Positions 25,128-39,099 of a stretch of DNA of 64,000 nucleotides are shown piece after piece; within the stretch, counting starts at the first letter, position 1, and each line of letters opens with the position of its first letter. The notes under the pieces are model-generated. The model was not told where the DNA came from. It worked only from the letters and a program-made list of their open reading frames with translations, and searched no databases. Origin of the DNA: Vicugna vicugna (lineage: Eukaryota). A program made the translations under genes and the position numbers. The stretch is taken from contig MU058452.1 of NCBI GenBank assembly GCA_013265495.1, forward strand, positions 186,001 through 250,000, written 5' to 3'.

Positions 25128-27879
25128 GGGGGTCTCTCTGTTGTGAACGAAACATTCCTTCCTTTTGTAAAAGGGGAGCATAAAAACCAACCCTGAAATC
25201 TTGACCTGTGGACATTCTAAGGAGTCTTTTTGTGTGTGTGTGCGGGGAGCCTAGTTTCCCAGCTGTTGCCCAGAACCGGGGAGATATTTTTCAGAAAACA
25301 ATAGAGAAGTTTACATTGTGTCTAAAGGAGTTCAGGTTTGAAGAGAAGAATAGTGTGATTGCCACTTACCCAATTAAAAACCTTCCAGACTGTAGATATT
25401 ATCAAAAATTCAGTCCCAGGGAGGCCCTCCAATTTTATCAATTTAACATCACCTTTTCAAAAAAGTGTTTTGATCCTCAAGGAAAAAGAAAGTTCTTTGG
25501 CGAATCTTGGAACTATAGTATGGAAGTCTGTTACTCTCTCTTTTATTTGCATAAATTAATAGAGCGTTACCTGGTGGTTTTTTTGGTTTCCATTTGTTTA
25601 AATTTCCTGAAAAGAAGGTGAAAATTTTCTCTCAGGTAAAAATTCATAACTTTGAATTACATTTTGTTTCTTAAAATAAACCAGAGGGAAAAGAATTGCC
25701 AGTAACGTATACACAAATCTCTCTGTTTCCAAAGCATCACCTTTCCCCCACCCTCTTCCCACTTCATGTCTGGGAAACATCTGTGAGCTGGGTAGGCATT
25801 CTGGGTAATGACATGCAAATGAGCCCACCAGTTAACAGAATTTCCTTGTCCAATAATGGAACTGGACCAACATGTAGGTTTCTAAATTGGAGCCAGACTT
25901 GCCCAAACCAGATGTGCAAACATGAGCACGTGGACCTGGTTTTAGAGATTGGAGCAGCAATGCCCTGTGGGGGTGGGGTGGGAGAGAAAAGAACCACGTG
26001 ACAGGGCATTGCGTGAAGAACCAGAAATGGCTGAAAAGGCTCTCTGGGGCTGCCTATCAGTCATATTTAGGTATTTGTAAATATCTGCTCACTGTGTAGA
26101 GTTGCCCACGATGTCCCCAAACCTGCTTGGTCAACAGAGGGTGGCTGCGTTGGTCTGGCCGTGGGAAGACTCACTCTAGATTATCCGATCTCAGGGTCCT
26201 GATTGATGCGGTCACTTTCAGATGCGATCTGAGGTGCTCGGGTTACCCCACACCCCAAGAGGTTCTGCTTTCCCTGCATTTACCCTAAGCATTCCTCCTC
26301 CTAAAATGCAGAGTGAGGAGCAAAAACTGACACCCCATGTCCTACGCTGTCCATTCAGCATCCTCAGGGAGATAGGGTTGCCACGACTCACAGAGAGAGC
26401 CGGAAATCACTGCTTCAGTCCCTACCTCGTAAGAAGCAAGTCAGACCTGGTGCTTCCTACTTAGGAACCCAAACTGATCCTATTAACTCTGTAACAGCAA
26501 AAGGTAATTAAAGTGGCTGTTGAGAAAAAGGAACTGAAGAGAAACCAGATGAGCTTAAATCAAAATTTGTGGAAAATGGCTTAAAGTCGCATTTCAAAGC
26601 CCCTTTTTTTTCTAAGTGAAAAGATACTTTACTGATTCTTTTAAAAAATAAAAGCCAAAAAAAATTACATTATAGATGTCACAATTAATGATCATCATGT
26701 GACCCGGGCTCGCTGAGGATCAGAAAATGAGCAAACATTTGGATGTACTTCTCAAGAATGATGGATATATTTAACTGATGGCTATTGAATTTATCAGGGT
26801 CAGTTAGCATAATGAAAACATATTTTATTAGGCTGTTAAAGGGATAAATTGTTTTCATATTTATTCATCTGTTCCCAAGGCTAATTTGGGGGTTTTTTAA
26901 ACATGCTTTTCATGTTTCTAAAATGAACAGCTAAATAAATAAAGCATTAGTTTGAGAACAGAAGTATCCACCCTGGATACAACAGAGTATTTCTCCTCAG
27001 TACAGACCTAAGTAATGATTTTCTAACTTAATGTTCATCAGTCACAGTAAACACTCACCAGAATTCCCAGGCTAATAACAGATAAATAAAAGTAGAACTA
27101 TACATCAGTAAGAAACACACACACGCACACAACTTAGATTAGGTTGATGTTTGTTAAATGAAACACAAAAGCAAGACAATTACATTTGTTATTTAAGCTG
27201 AGAAGAATTTTGTTTCAATTCACTGCTGAGCGCCTTCTCAAGGGCTGATTGTCATGAATCATCTGGAAAATCCCCATTCTATTTTGCTGATTTAAACAAA
27301 CAACATTCCCAATTAAAAGGGAAACGTTTAAATCCTGATTCTCAAAGCATGTTTTGGCCAATAGTAGCTTCCAGAGAGGAAACACTGTCAGACCAGGTAA
27401 CGCCCACGTTACCCATTAGCAGTGGCGTCTACATACACGCTCACGTGGAGTTTGCCCTCCAGTCTGTCAACCGGCAAGTTCACACTTGGAACGTTAAAGC
27501 AAGAATCTTGCCCGGATTTTTTTTCTTCAGTTAATTTCTCAGATTCCATCATTGGCTTTTTCCCACTGCCTGCTCCTTAAATGCTGGCAGTTTTGCTGGT
27601 TCTCTGTAGGAAATTTCAACAACCCTTGTGGCTTTCTTTGATGGTCACCTATCTCTTTCTGCAGGTCTGACTATTCCAAACCAGGCTGTGTTTTCAGCCG
27701 TCTACCAGCATTTTGTCTTGGGGCTCCTTAAGTACCTCAGATTCATTGTAACTAAAACTGGGACACTGTCGGGCAACATCTGTTCTTTCTCCTTTAGTTA
27801 CGGAAGTCATTATCGCTCCACTTTGAACCCTCCTCTCTTGCCCATCACATCAATAGAATATTAAGTGCCGTCCATAGCT

Positions 27880-28420
27880 TTGCCTCAGAAACGGTACCAA
27901 AATAAGGCCCCTCCTCTCCGCTTCCCACGCTCCCTCTGCCTCCAACTAGATCACATCATCTCCTGTTCTGACAGCTTTTCTCTCACTCTCTCTTCCCCAG
28001 TCAACTCTCTGTAATACCCCCAGAACTTGTTTCTTCTTTTCCTTCTAAACAATGAAACGGGTACTGTCTCTGGGTGGAAATGTCTGCTGACTCCTTCCTG
28101 CTGCTTATGGGATGCGATCCAAATTCTTAGTGCATGAACAGCATCACAACTGGAACGGCATCCTTTTTTGGGCTCATCTCCTGACACTCCTGATCCTGCA
28201 CCATCATTTCCCACCGTGACCTGCTCACCATCCTCCAAGCACACCTGGCCTGTGCACCTGTGCCTTGGCCCATGTTCTTCTCTCTTCTTTGACTTGATAG
28301 TAGCCTAAGAGTTCAGAATCACTAAACCACTCATCTGATAAAAAGCTCTCAGAGGGCAGGGATGGAAGTCAGGCTAGTACATTACCATGGTCTATCATAT
28401 CTGAACAACTGGGGGATGAT
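27880..28420 (+). mobile_element. L2 LINE 3' region, degraded
   Basis: atcacatcatctcctg; tccaaattcttagtgc; gggctcatctcctgacactcc; aagctctcagagggcaggga. Confidence 0.6.
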
Positions 28421-31400
28421 GCGGTTAGATAGATGATTATTGCTGGAGGGAAATGTTGGCCAAATCATCCTTCAGGCTTTATAATGAGGAAGAAAAAAAA
28501 TTAGAAACTTTCAATGCAAAGTAAGTTAACTTGGAGGTCTCAAGACACAGAGGACATGCAGAGGCGTCCTCTTCTACGCCAAGGAAAACACATGTAAATG
28601 AGCGTGGGAAATGAACACGATTGGCCAAGACTGGTTAGGAAAGCAGAGAGGAAAACGATGGATGGATAAGAGAGGAGTTTGTCGATCTGCAAAGACGTGG
28701 ATGTTGATCCCAGGCACATCGAGGCTCTTGCAGAATCTGGCGTCCCCCTCCACACCCCGGTAACAGCAATCTAGGCTGCAATTCACATTTTACATTTGTG
28801 TTAGCGCTTGGAATTGGGTAGTGGTAGTAGGGAGGGGGGCGTAGATTAGAGAGAAACAGACCGAGGAACAGGCAGGCATGCAAAAATGGGCAACAAAGGG
28901 CAGATAGAAGTATTTGCTTCGGCTCTAAACCAGTGTGTGTGTAATTAACAGCTTCAATTCATGATTTAATTTCCCCCAACATATTAGTCTTTATTGCAAA
29001 CCCTTCGTGGAACATGGTGAATTGGCTGGGAATCAGAGGGATGCTTCAAGACGGACCTGACATAGTTTCCTTCGGTTTCTTGGGACCAAAGTTGGTGCTG
29101 GTGACAGACAGCACCCCAGTCGCAAAGCCTGAATTTCCCTCTTCGCCGCAGCAGTAGGTATCCGGAGAAAATTAGGGGAACGATGCAGTACGATCTTGTT
29201 ACTATGACACCGCTTGGGGACTAGCAGGTCACTTTGGGAATTGTGACTTCTTTCCCATTCGATTATTAGTCTCTCTACCAAGACCACCCACAACTGCCAG
29301 TGAGCATGAGCTGTAGAGGGATTCAGCCTAACTGGGTGTCTTGATTTGATGCCCATCTCCCACTCCTAGTTCAGCCTTTTAGATGTTCACAGCTTCCAGT
29401 CCCTTCCAAGGCAAGTAGATATGAAACACAAACAGAAACTAAATTCTTCATTTCTCAGAAAGAAAGCAAGAAACCATGCACACACACAAAGACCCTCCCC
29501 TCAACCTGAATTTCTTTAAATTCTATCAATTCAGTGGTACAGAATGTGGTATAGGCTGAGCGAGAACATACCTTGGAAGAGAGAGGGAAGAAAAAAATAT
29601 TGGGATATTATGAAATTCATTGAATTGTCTTCAATTTTCATGGTAACGTGTTGCAGGTTCAGAGTCTTCGTCATCCCTAAAGTACATATGAGCCAAGGAA
29701 AGAAAACTTGGTCATACGGAAACATGAATTATTTAAAAGATGCTCTACTCACACACACACACACACACGATGAAATTAACAGCACATAAGTCTCTTAATA
29801 ATTCAAACAAAATTCTCTACTTTCCCTTAATCAATTGTATGTTTTAAATAAAGTACTTTTCTGCCTGAAATATTCCCATGCTTTCCTCAACTGCCCACTC
29901 TGTGTACACACAGGGGAAATGTACACATTCGAGAATGTTTTATAATTAATTCTGAAGTGAGAGAACAATGTGCTGACGGGTAAAGTAGCAAGACCATTAT
30001 CTGAACCATTGGTACCTCGCTCGCAAATGTGGGTAAGCTATTTCTCCCTCTTCTTAAACACACATATATTGTGCAAATAGAAAAAGAGATTTCCATTTGT
30101 AAAAAGGCTTTTTCATGTTGTACATCTGCAGACACAAAAGAAGCCATACTCAACCACAAATTAGATCAGGGAGCTGAAAAGAGCTCAGATTATAAGAGGC
30201 CACAGGTCTGTGAAAAATATACCATCATTTGGGGGTTGGGTTTTTTTTCTTTTTACAGCAAAGGAAAAGCCATTTTATGATAAACTATCAGACCATCTGC
30301 TCTTCTATGGAGGAAAATTTGGCTGAACTGATCCAATTTACAACAAGTTAAAATGGGTAGGAATGGAATCCCTTCACCCTCAACCGTTGGTGGTTCAGTG
30401 TGTGTAAGAAAAATACAGTTAGGGGAAGAGGAGAAAACATTGTGATTCTATATGAAATTCTTGGTCCAGATCCTGCCACTTCGTAACACGTATCATGATA
30501 TGCTTTGGGGGAACCTTGTATATTCGCATGCTTCAAGAAAGAATCAGCTTCCATCCCAAGTTAAGTGGATATTCCAGCCAAATGGTACACGGATGCCTTA
30601 ATTTTAATCTAGGAAAGAGTTCTGAACTGGAAATACTCAAAGCCACAGCTTTGAAATGGCATGGGGCTGTCTACAGTCCTACATTTCTATGGTTGTAAAA
30701 CTGAGTAATGCTTTTCAGACTGTATGAAGAAATTAAGAGTTTTATTTTGCCTGGAACATACATTTGTTGTTACATCTTCTCAGCTTTAATTTTAGTCTAC
30801 TTCGTTCTTCAAAGACCCCATATGTATGAAATCCCCACTGTATTTATCAATGTACTTTAAATGTTTTGCTGTATGGTTTGCAGTTTTAGCAAGTATTAAT
30901 ATCCGTATTACCTCTTCTAGTAAATCCAGTTTATATCAAGAGTGGAAAAATATGTAAACAGATAATTAAAGGATTTGGTGGGAGCGAATAAAATAATGGG
31001 GATGAGTCTATAGGGAATTTTTTTAAGTTTTTATAACTTTAGCTCTACATTTTTTTTTCTTCTACAATTGTATTATGATATTTAGCCTTGAAAGGAACCT
31101 CAACTTTGAAAAGTCATCCAAAATCGATGACTCAGCTTATATTTTAAGTGGATATTCCTTCATCCTTACATATGACCCTCCATCTACCCTAACTTCTCAG
31201 TGTAAGTGCCTGCCAAATTTCACTAAAGTTTTCAGTTTCTTAGGATCTTGGAATAATCCCATATCTAAATCTACAGAGAGCAAGGCCCTAAAATTGCTGA
31301 TAATGCATAGCATTCTCACAAGGCCAGTGATCTAGTTTTTAAAACTAGAAATCTTTGTTTTACCTCCCTCCAACTGCAAGATGGGACAAGCCAGACAGAA

Positions 31401-31754
31401 GAGATGCTCACAATTTATGGTAGGCAGGGTGCCCTGTTACAGATGAAACCTCATGCAAAAATAAGCAAAGAGAAGTGAGAATATCCTTTTAGTGTTGGGC
31501 TCATTTGAAAGACAATGAAAATAATTTAGATCTGAATTATCTGGTTGGGCCTTAGTGCCGATTAAGTTAAGGGAATAAATTATTTTAGGGCTGATAATTT
31601 ACAGGAAACAAAGAGAAACAGAGATTTAAGATAAATACCTGAAGGATTCATTTACAAACTCAGTTAATAATGTTTTCGGTCCTAATGACTGAGTTTGGCT
31701 ATATAAATAGTTGATCTATTTGCTGTATAATTATGTAACTGTTAAATTTCCCAT

Positions 31755-31805
31755 TCCAGTTTGTTGAGAGGATTAAATGAAATAGTACAGTTAAAGTCTT
31801 TAGTA
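31755..31805 (+). mobile_element. MIR fragment
   Basis: gtttgttgagaggattaaatgaaatagtac matches the MIR core. Confidence 0.55.
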
Positions 31806-32104
31806 GTTACTTGCTCCACATATTTACCTCTTTCCCACCTCACTCAATCCTTATTATGACCCACCTGTGGGTGGGCAGGTCTCCTGCAGAGATATAACTG
31901 CATCACATCATTACCCAAATCTGCGCCATTTTATTTTATGCAAATTACACCCTCATTCATTTGGCCAGAGACAGTTGAACTGATATGGCAAGGAGTCAGG
32001 ACTACAGCTGGAAAACTAAAGCCAAGGAAGGAGCTTCTGAGGCATCAATGAGTGAAAATATTTGGAACTGAATTCGACAAAAGGGGCTCACATGGTGTAA
32101 ATGC

Positions 32105-32270
32105 ATTATAGGTGCTGTCTAATTTAATCCTCCCAAGAATCCTCTAAGATTAAATGAACGGTTTTATAGGCGACACTAAGTTTCAGTGAGGTAAAATAAC
32201 ATGCCCAAAGTCCCATAACTGTAAAAATGGGAGAAATCAGACAGTAACCCAGGTTTTCCTTGCCTAGAGC
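32105..32270 (-). mobile_element. MIR SINE
   Basis: atttaatcctcccaagaatcctc...cagtgaggtaaaataacatgcccaaagtccca...aacccagg. Confidence 0.75.
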
Positions 32271-32729
32271 CTTTTTTCTTTCCAGTCCCCTGTGTGCCCT
32301 TCAAATGCACTGCCAGGCATCCAGTGGGCATAGCACGCAACTCACCTGATTCAGTGTACATCACGGAAGACGTCTATTTGGCTAAACGTTATAGATTGGC
32401 CCCGGCTTACTTTGGATTTGAATGATAGCAGCACAAGATGCCAGTAGCTTGACTTTTTCATATGGGTCTTTAAATTAGACGATCTGCTTTTCTGCTTTAA
32501 AACAAATATTGATCAGTGAGTCGTGAGCTATAATTTCTATGGAGCAGTGGGTCAGCTTCAGATTAATCGCTTGCTGTGGCACTTCTTGGGTGAGGGGTTC
32601 TGGATTCTTCCAGAGTCCTGCATGATTATGGGGAAGGACAGTGGGAGCCCTAGAGAGACCAGGGGAAGACGGTGACAAAGAAGATTTGGGTAGTTGCTCC
32701 ACATTTGAATCTCAGTGAAAAATTCTTTG

Positions 32730-32945
32730 ATCTTCAGGTCAGAAAAGTAGGTTGATGTTTCTACAGTAATTCTCATCAACTATGTGACCTTGATTAAGTC
32801 CCTTGTGTTTATTAATCTTGGTTTCATCATCAGGGAAATAAAACCAGCTTGGTCTACCGGGCTTGTGATAAGCAACAAACGAGAAGAATCTATATAAAAA
32901 GTTCCTTGGGACATAAAATAGGGAAGCACTGTGCAAACGTGAGGA
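32730..32945 (+). mobile_element. MIR SINE
   Basis: ctatgtgaccttgattaagtc...cttggtttcatcatc...gggcttgtga...gcactgtgcaaacgtgagg. Confidence 0.65.
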
Positions 32946-35309
32946 TCCTTAGCACTTGTCTGTTCCTTTCCTGCTGCCAGGCAGAAATCCTTGGCCACTT
33001 GCCCCTGACCGCAGCATCCTCAAGACACGCAACGTTGCAGGGCAGAAACCGGAAACGGGTCACTTTCACATGATTTTAAAATTTGTTATGAAACTGTGCC
33101 AAAGCTTTATAAATACCAGCCAGGGCAATGGGGGTGTTGTACCACATTCCTTCCACCTCATGAACCATTGTTTTTTGTTCTGAACGCACAAGTTAAAATT
33201 CATCGAGTTGCAGTTGGTCAGCTGGGGCAGCTTGTGAAATGCCTGCTATGTAATGCTTATTTCTAGCCAATTATCTTTAGTTCCTCTCTTTTATTAGTGT
33301 TAAATTTGAATTACAAGGGGAAGGGTGGGAGTGGAGTGTGGACTAGGCTCTAAACCTTTAAGACAGTTGAATACGCTTCTATTATTTGTATGATTCCTCT
33401 TGATAAATATCGTTGGTTTCAGACCATTGTTGACCCATTTGAACTACTCCATACCCGTCCTTCCCTTTCACTGGCTTTAAATTTGTTCCCCCCAAAATCT
33501 GAAGATGAACTTTCCTGCTGCAAAGTTTGAAGACAAAAGCGAAAAAACAACTCACAACCATCTATGACTTGTAGTTAACAAAATAAACTGCAGATAAAAT
33601 CCCCGAAGGTCTTGGCAGCAAATGTTTCCCACTAAAATGGAACTCTGCACTCATAGTCTGAAACAAATTAGGAAGGAGGGGGAAAAATCAACAGCTCTGG
33701 GGTGAAACTGGGGTTGGTGCTGTCTCATCATTTTTTAACCAAAAATAAAACAAGCAAATTTTGTTTAACTGCAGGTCAAAATAAAAAAAAAAAATTAAAA
33801 AGTCCCTCATCTGTTCACTATAATTACTAACAGAGTGCAGTCTACCAGCTGCAGGGTTCATGGATAAATGGAGAGAAGCATAATTTTCTCTCCCTGGGGT
33901 TAAATCTCCAAACTTTGAGTCTATGCCTCTGTAGTATGCTTTTAATATACCATGAGAAGCCAGGTCAGAACGTTTTCAGAGTATGTCTCTATCTTTTTTT
34001 TTTAAACAGAATGAAATAATTGTGTGTCCACGTACAGGTTCAAGTTCTGGATGAAAATAAATGTGTTTATTTCTCCAACATTCTCCATCATGATATGCTA
34101 CACTTTCCCTAATGATGACAGTATGGTCCCCATGGTCTTGTCACTAAGAGAGGGGTGACACTGGCTATTTCGGTTGGTCAAAGTTTGTCAGTTTTTTCCC
34201 CAAGTGTTCTTATTTTGGCACGACCAGAGAAAGTTTTTTCTTAGTACTTTCTCCTTAATTTTAAAGCCCAAGTGTATATTAAGGAAAATCTGACCCATAT
34301 GTTTTCTGATTCATTTAAACTTAACTCACTGAACTTTTTCTTTCTAATAAAACATCTTTTGGTGTCCAGAAAAACCCAATGAATGTTTTTAAAAATCATC
34401 GTTAAGCCCTTATTTTATTTGCAAAAGGATGTCAGATTTGGGCTGAAAGGAAATGGAATTTGAGCTTAAAGTCTTGATTTTGTTTTGAGATTGAACTCGT
34501 CAGGTTCACGTGGGGTCTAAAATAGAAGTAGAAAAAGTCTGTCTTTTTCACCTCTAGCTAGGCTTCCCTTAATGGGTAATTTCACCTTGTCATCAGGATC
34601 TAATCAGACAAACGCAGATTAACTGAAGGGCGTTAAGTGTTCGTTTCATACTAACGTGAATGGTAGGCTGGAATTGTGGAGGAACAGAAGCTGCCAAAAA
34701 ATCTTACGAGCATATATGAAATCTGCTTAAACTTTTCACTGTCTTTACACTTGACCCGGATAGAAGGATATACGTTCGGGAAAAGGACAGCTCACTAGGG
34801 GCTAGACAGAGCTGAATCAAACGTATGGGACAGAGGTTCACAGAAGACCCACACCTGCGCACACTATGTTCACCCCTTCCTGAAGTTGGAGAGTTGCAGG
34901 GGAGGGTGCTTTAAGAGTTTAGACCAAGGTCATCTCCTCCACAGCAATAAGAAGACTATTTCTTCTTCTCCAGTTTTGCATCATCGTTGCAACAAATCCT
35001 CCTGAGGAAGATCAACCATGTCTTCCCTGTTCAACTTCTCCATTTGGGAAACATTCAAAACCCAGACCTGAAATGTTGGTGACAATCACATATGTGTAGA
35101 GATTTGGACTGCATCTCTGAAGACCAAGTGAAAAAATACTGACCCATATCCCAGTTTGGCCAATGAAAGTGAGCGAAATCACTCAGTAGCCCTGAGTTTT
35201 GTTTTGCCAACTGTAGATGGCTTGTAATTTCTCCCATGTATTGCAATGCTTGAGGGCTGAATATATCGGGGTGAAAGATCACACTTCTGCACCAAGATCC
35301 ATGATTTGG

Positions 35310-35440
35310 ACCAGGTGTTTTCCTTCTTTGCGAAGTGGTGATAGAAAGAATGCCTACCTGGGCTTGTTATAAAGATTAAATGAGTTAATAGACACTGTTT
35401 AATTCAATGTCTGGCATAAGTAAGGATGTAATAAACTTTA
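35310..35440 (+). mobile_element. MIR SINE 3' part
   Basis: tgcctacc..gggcttgttataaagattaaatgagttaata...tgtctggcataagtaag...aataaa. Confidence 0.75.
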
Positions 35441-35443
35441 CTA

Positions 35444-36338
35444 CTAGATTTATTCAATTCCAAGATTTTCCCACATGTTAATATTCTTGAAATTGGACCG
35501 TGTTTTACAATAGACAATATCTTACAATGGCTGCTGTCCAGGTGGCAGTTGTGATAGAATGGCCATCGCCTGCACAGGTGTAAATATCAAAAACACCAGC
35601 ATCAAAACCAGCAGAATGGTTGTTAATGACTTTAAAAGAATTCCAGAAACAACAGTGAGCAGTCTTTTATTTATTTATTTGTTTGTTTATTTATTTATTT
35701 TAACCTTTTTTTATTGATTTATAATCATTTCACAATGTTGTGTCAAATTCCAGTGTAGAGCACAATTCTTCAGTTATAAACGAGCCGTCTTTTAATCATT
35801 AGGAACCAAACAGGTATGAGGTGAGGGTGGGAGAGCTGCCAGATCAAGCATGTTTGGTGACGTTCCTGACTTGGGAGTCGGGAGGCGGCTAACTCTTCAT
35901 AATTGCAGACCTGGCCTGGGGGTCCAGCACCAATGGCTTTCAGTTATTTCGTTAGAAGATTACTTCACCATCTGTCTAAATAGGACAGAGGCCAATACTG
36001 AAAATGGAAACTCAGACATGGGCATTGATGATTTGAAGTCAAAAAGCGATTCTGTAGAGTCGCGCTCTGAAAAGAAGACATACCAGTACCCCTAAATCCA
36101 TTTATTTTGCATAAACACACATAGGTACACACTCTAGAACAACAGATGATAAAAATTGGTATATTTAGATCTAAAAGTACCCTCTCAATAAGTATAAAAT
36201 AAACATTCCATGGGATGAGAAAACTTATGCCGTAATTTTCTTGGTAGTAGCTTTTCCACTTTTCTTTTCTTTGTAACAAGACACAAACTAAAGATCTGAC
36301 TTAACCATGGATGATGTCTTAGATATGATAAAGTGTAG
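35444..36338 (+). mobile_element. TcMar-Tc2 (Kanga1/MER104-like) internally deleted DNA transposon with nested insertions
   Basis: Degenerate TIRs (ctagatttattcaattccaaga and tcttagatatgataaagtgtag) and ccaggtggcagttgtga. The peptide LNRTEANT...IDDLKSKSDS resembles the acidic C-terminal LDGTEDD region of Tc2/pogo transposases. Confidence 0.65.
35670..35781 (-). mobile_element. Short LINE-1 3' end inserted in the Tc2 element
   Basis: (TTTA)n tail then ttattgatttataatcatttcacaatgttgtgtcaaattccagtgt. 13-bp TSD gagcagtctttta (35657-35669) and gagccgtctttta (35782-35794). Confidence 0.85.
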
Positions 36339-36454
36339 ACTTAGTTTGGGGAGGAGCCGGTGCTTAATAAGTGACCAGAATGAGACCCGGTACACTTGGG
36401 ATATTATGAATACTGGTCAAACGGGGTAACCATAGTAGGACAGACTCTGAATGG

Positions 36455-36590
36455 CCTGCCTAATGCCTCTCACTCCAAACTGATCTTCTGCCGGGCTTTC
36501 CATTCCTTTTTGCCCTCCATTCCCACACAGGGTCTTTGCACATGATGACCCCTAGGTCAAGGTCATCCTTCCCTCCTGAACTTGGCCAAC
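36455..36590 (+). mobile_element. L2 fragment (probably continues after the MLT1 at about 37130)
   Basis: cactccaaactg...cagggtctttgcacatg...ccttccctcc is typical L2 text. Confidence 0.5.
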
Positions 36591-36591
36591 A

Positions 36592-36985
36592 GTGGTATAT
36601 GCTGCTGGCAAGCCCCCCTGTTCCTGCTTCTCCTCCACTCCTTGACCGTACAAAAGGATTTCACGCAGAGTTACCCATGGCCATGTGATTGGCTTTGGCC
36701 AATGAAATACAGGGAGAAGCAACGTGTTTCTCTCCCCAGTGAAAGCATTTAAGAACCAGCATTGTAGTTCCTATTTCTTACCCACTGCTGCTGCAAACCA
36801 GGAAGCATCACGTTGAGATAAGGATTTTGAGGGAAGTATGCTGGAATGCCGAAACCATCCGGTGGAGGACAGCTGCCCTGGAGAATCATCTGGACCTGCC
36901 AGCCACAAATTGCTCTTGTTCAAGGAATACACATTTGTATTTTAAGGATCCTTGGTAGCACAGCCTTGACCATTTTGTTTTGGTC
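36592..36985 (+). mobile_element. MaLR LTR (MLT1I/J-like)
   Basis: ggccatgtgattggctttggccaatgaaat...gcatttaagaaccag; ggaggacagctgccctggaga; ttggtagcacagc. Confidence 0.75.
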
Positions 36986-37129
36986 CACTCCAAGTTCCAA
37001 TCTCTACTTGAGAGTCCTTGCCTCAGCTTTCCCAGTTCTATGCCAGGAGCAGTAATAGATAGTATCGTCTCATATGGTGGAAGAGAAAAAACCACATCTC
37101 AGTGCTTTGATCTATAGTTTATAACCAGT

Positions 37130-37400
37130 TTTCAATAAATATTAGCTCTTATGGTTTTCAGGAAAGCTTTACTTGGCTAGGTCATACTGCTCTTTTTAGA
37201 CACTCATACATAGCCCCGTGCTACTTCATCAGGTAGGATTTTATGCTTTTCTGCACGCTGATGTGATGAATGTATGTCTCCCTGGTTTGATATGAACTCC
37301 ATGAGGGCAGGCACCATGCTCACATTTACTTAGTACCTTATTCAGAGAAGCCAGTCCAGCGTTGAGGGATAGAAGATGCTCAGGATGAATTTGTTGAGGA
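37130..37400 (+). mobile_element. L2 3' end
   Basis: tgtctccc...tgaactccatgagggcagg...gatgctca..atgaatttgttga. Confidence 0.7.
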
Positions 37401-38532
37401 AACTCTATTGAAAATTCAAACACAGGTTTCAATTACCAGAGGGTTTTGAATCTGAATCATCCAGAAAAAAATGGATCTGGACACATCACATAGATATTTG
37501 AAAAGATGTGGTAAAGAAGTGTCACCAAAGCAGCATTTCCATGGACTGAATCAAAGTTAGAAAGAATTAAGGGCCAGCTTTAGGATCAAGGTGTCTTCTC
37601 CACTGGTTAATGAATTCATCTTTCTTTCTTTGATAATTCTTGGGATGATATATGTTTTTACGCTTCTCAGTTCAGTCAAACTACAACCTCTCTGGAACAA
37701 AGAAAAGCTGATGCGAAGTCCTTATTTGTAGCACCGCAAATAGCTATATCCTGTAAAACTGTTGACAGAAAGACTTTAAAATGAAAATGAAAACAGCAGC
37801 ATGAACAACAACAGAAGCCCTCCTGGATTCTGCTCCTACTTTTCAGCCCCTGTGCTTCTGCCAGCAGCTGAATCTCTGCCGTGAATAGCTTTGCTGTGTC
37901 CTTTTAACAATAATATCTTAAATTTTTATAGTGCCTTATAGCTAACCATCTCTAGACATTTTACAATAGCATTAAAACAAAAGCCAGTTCCTCTCTCAGA
38001 ACTGCCACGGGGCCCACACTTAAAGCCAGCAGTTTGCAATTTTACCCTGAAAACAAGCGGAGGCCGGTGGGCTGATGGAATAAAGGACAACCCGTCTCTC
38101 GCATCCCAGGCTGGAACTCGTCCTTCACCTCATGATGGTGGGAGGCAGGAGAGGAATGTGTATTCATAACCTTGGAAGACTTGTGACCCATGGATACACG
38201 CAAAACACAGCAAAAGTGTAAAATCAGGATTCTCTATTCTCGGAGTCCACATCCCTCAGATACAGCTTTTTTTTTTTTTTTAATTCACTCATGGTGGAAT
38301 GCTAGATTATTTCTAAGTGCAATCAAATATTCACATGACAGAAAGTTAATTTCCTTATTTAAGCAACCCCAAAATTTGTGCTTGGAAATATGAGAGTATT
38401 TCTCCCCTGGAAATCTATTTTTACTTCATGTATATGATTGAATATACCTGAAAACACATTATTATATATTTAATATAAATTTAACATAACTTTGTATATA
38501 TTCCCACTATATATTTCTCTCCCTGTCTCTCC

Positions 38533-38651
38533 ATATATATATACACACATATATATATAGACACACATGTATATGTACATATATATATATACATATATAT
38601 GTACATATATATACATATATACATATATATGTACATATATACACATATATA

Positions 38652-38702
<51 letters not shown>

Positions 38703-38706
38703 GTAC
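38533..38706. repeat. Compound (TA)/(CA)/(TG) microsatellite
   Basis: Directly visible; it explains three overlapping spurious ORFs. Confidence 0.95.
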
Positions 38707-39099
38707 TTTCCACAACACTGTTTAAAAAAAAAGGCTAGGTTAGGAGTCATTGAGTTATAATCCAGTTTTTTTTTCCAATTACAATGATCTAATGGATAAA
38801 CCGTAAGATTCAAAGCCAGAGCTACATTAGCAAAATGAAGAGAGAATTAAGGTAATTATCTCAATAATTAAGGGAACTGACTAAACCTTTTTTGGTTGAG
38901 ATGTCTAAGTAAGTTGAGGAAAATGTGGACTGGGGGAAGAAGAAACCCTTGCATTTTCCGAATAAACGCCTCATTTGGCCAATTCACTTTGGCAGTTGAA
39001 CCAGGGTCACACATTTTGAATTTTTCCTCTTAGCCAGTGTGGTGTAGAGGCTTTTGGTCATTAATAATCATTTAGGCAACTTTATCTCCGCACAGGTGC

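Noticed and set aside
38470..38813. Three overlapping Y/I/M/H-rich ORFs
   Set aside because: They are translations of a dinucleotide microsatellite.
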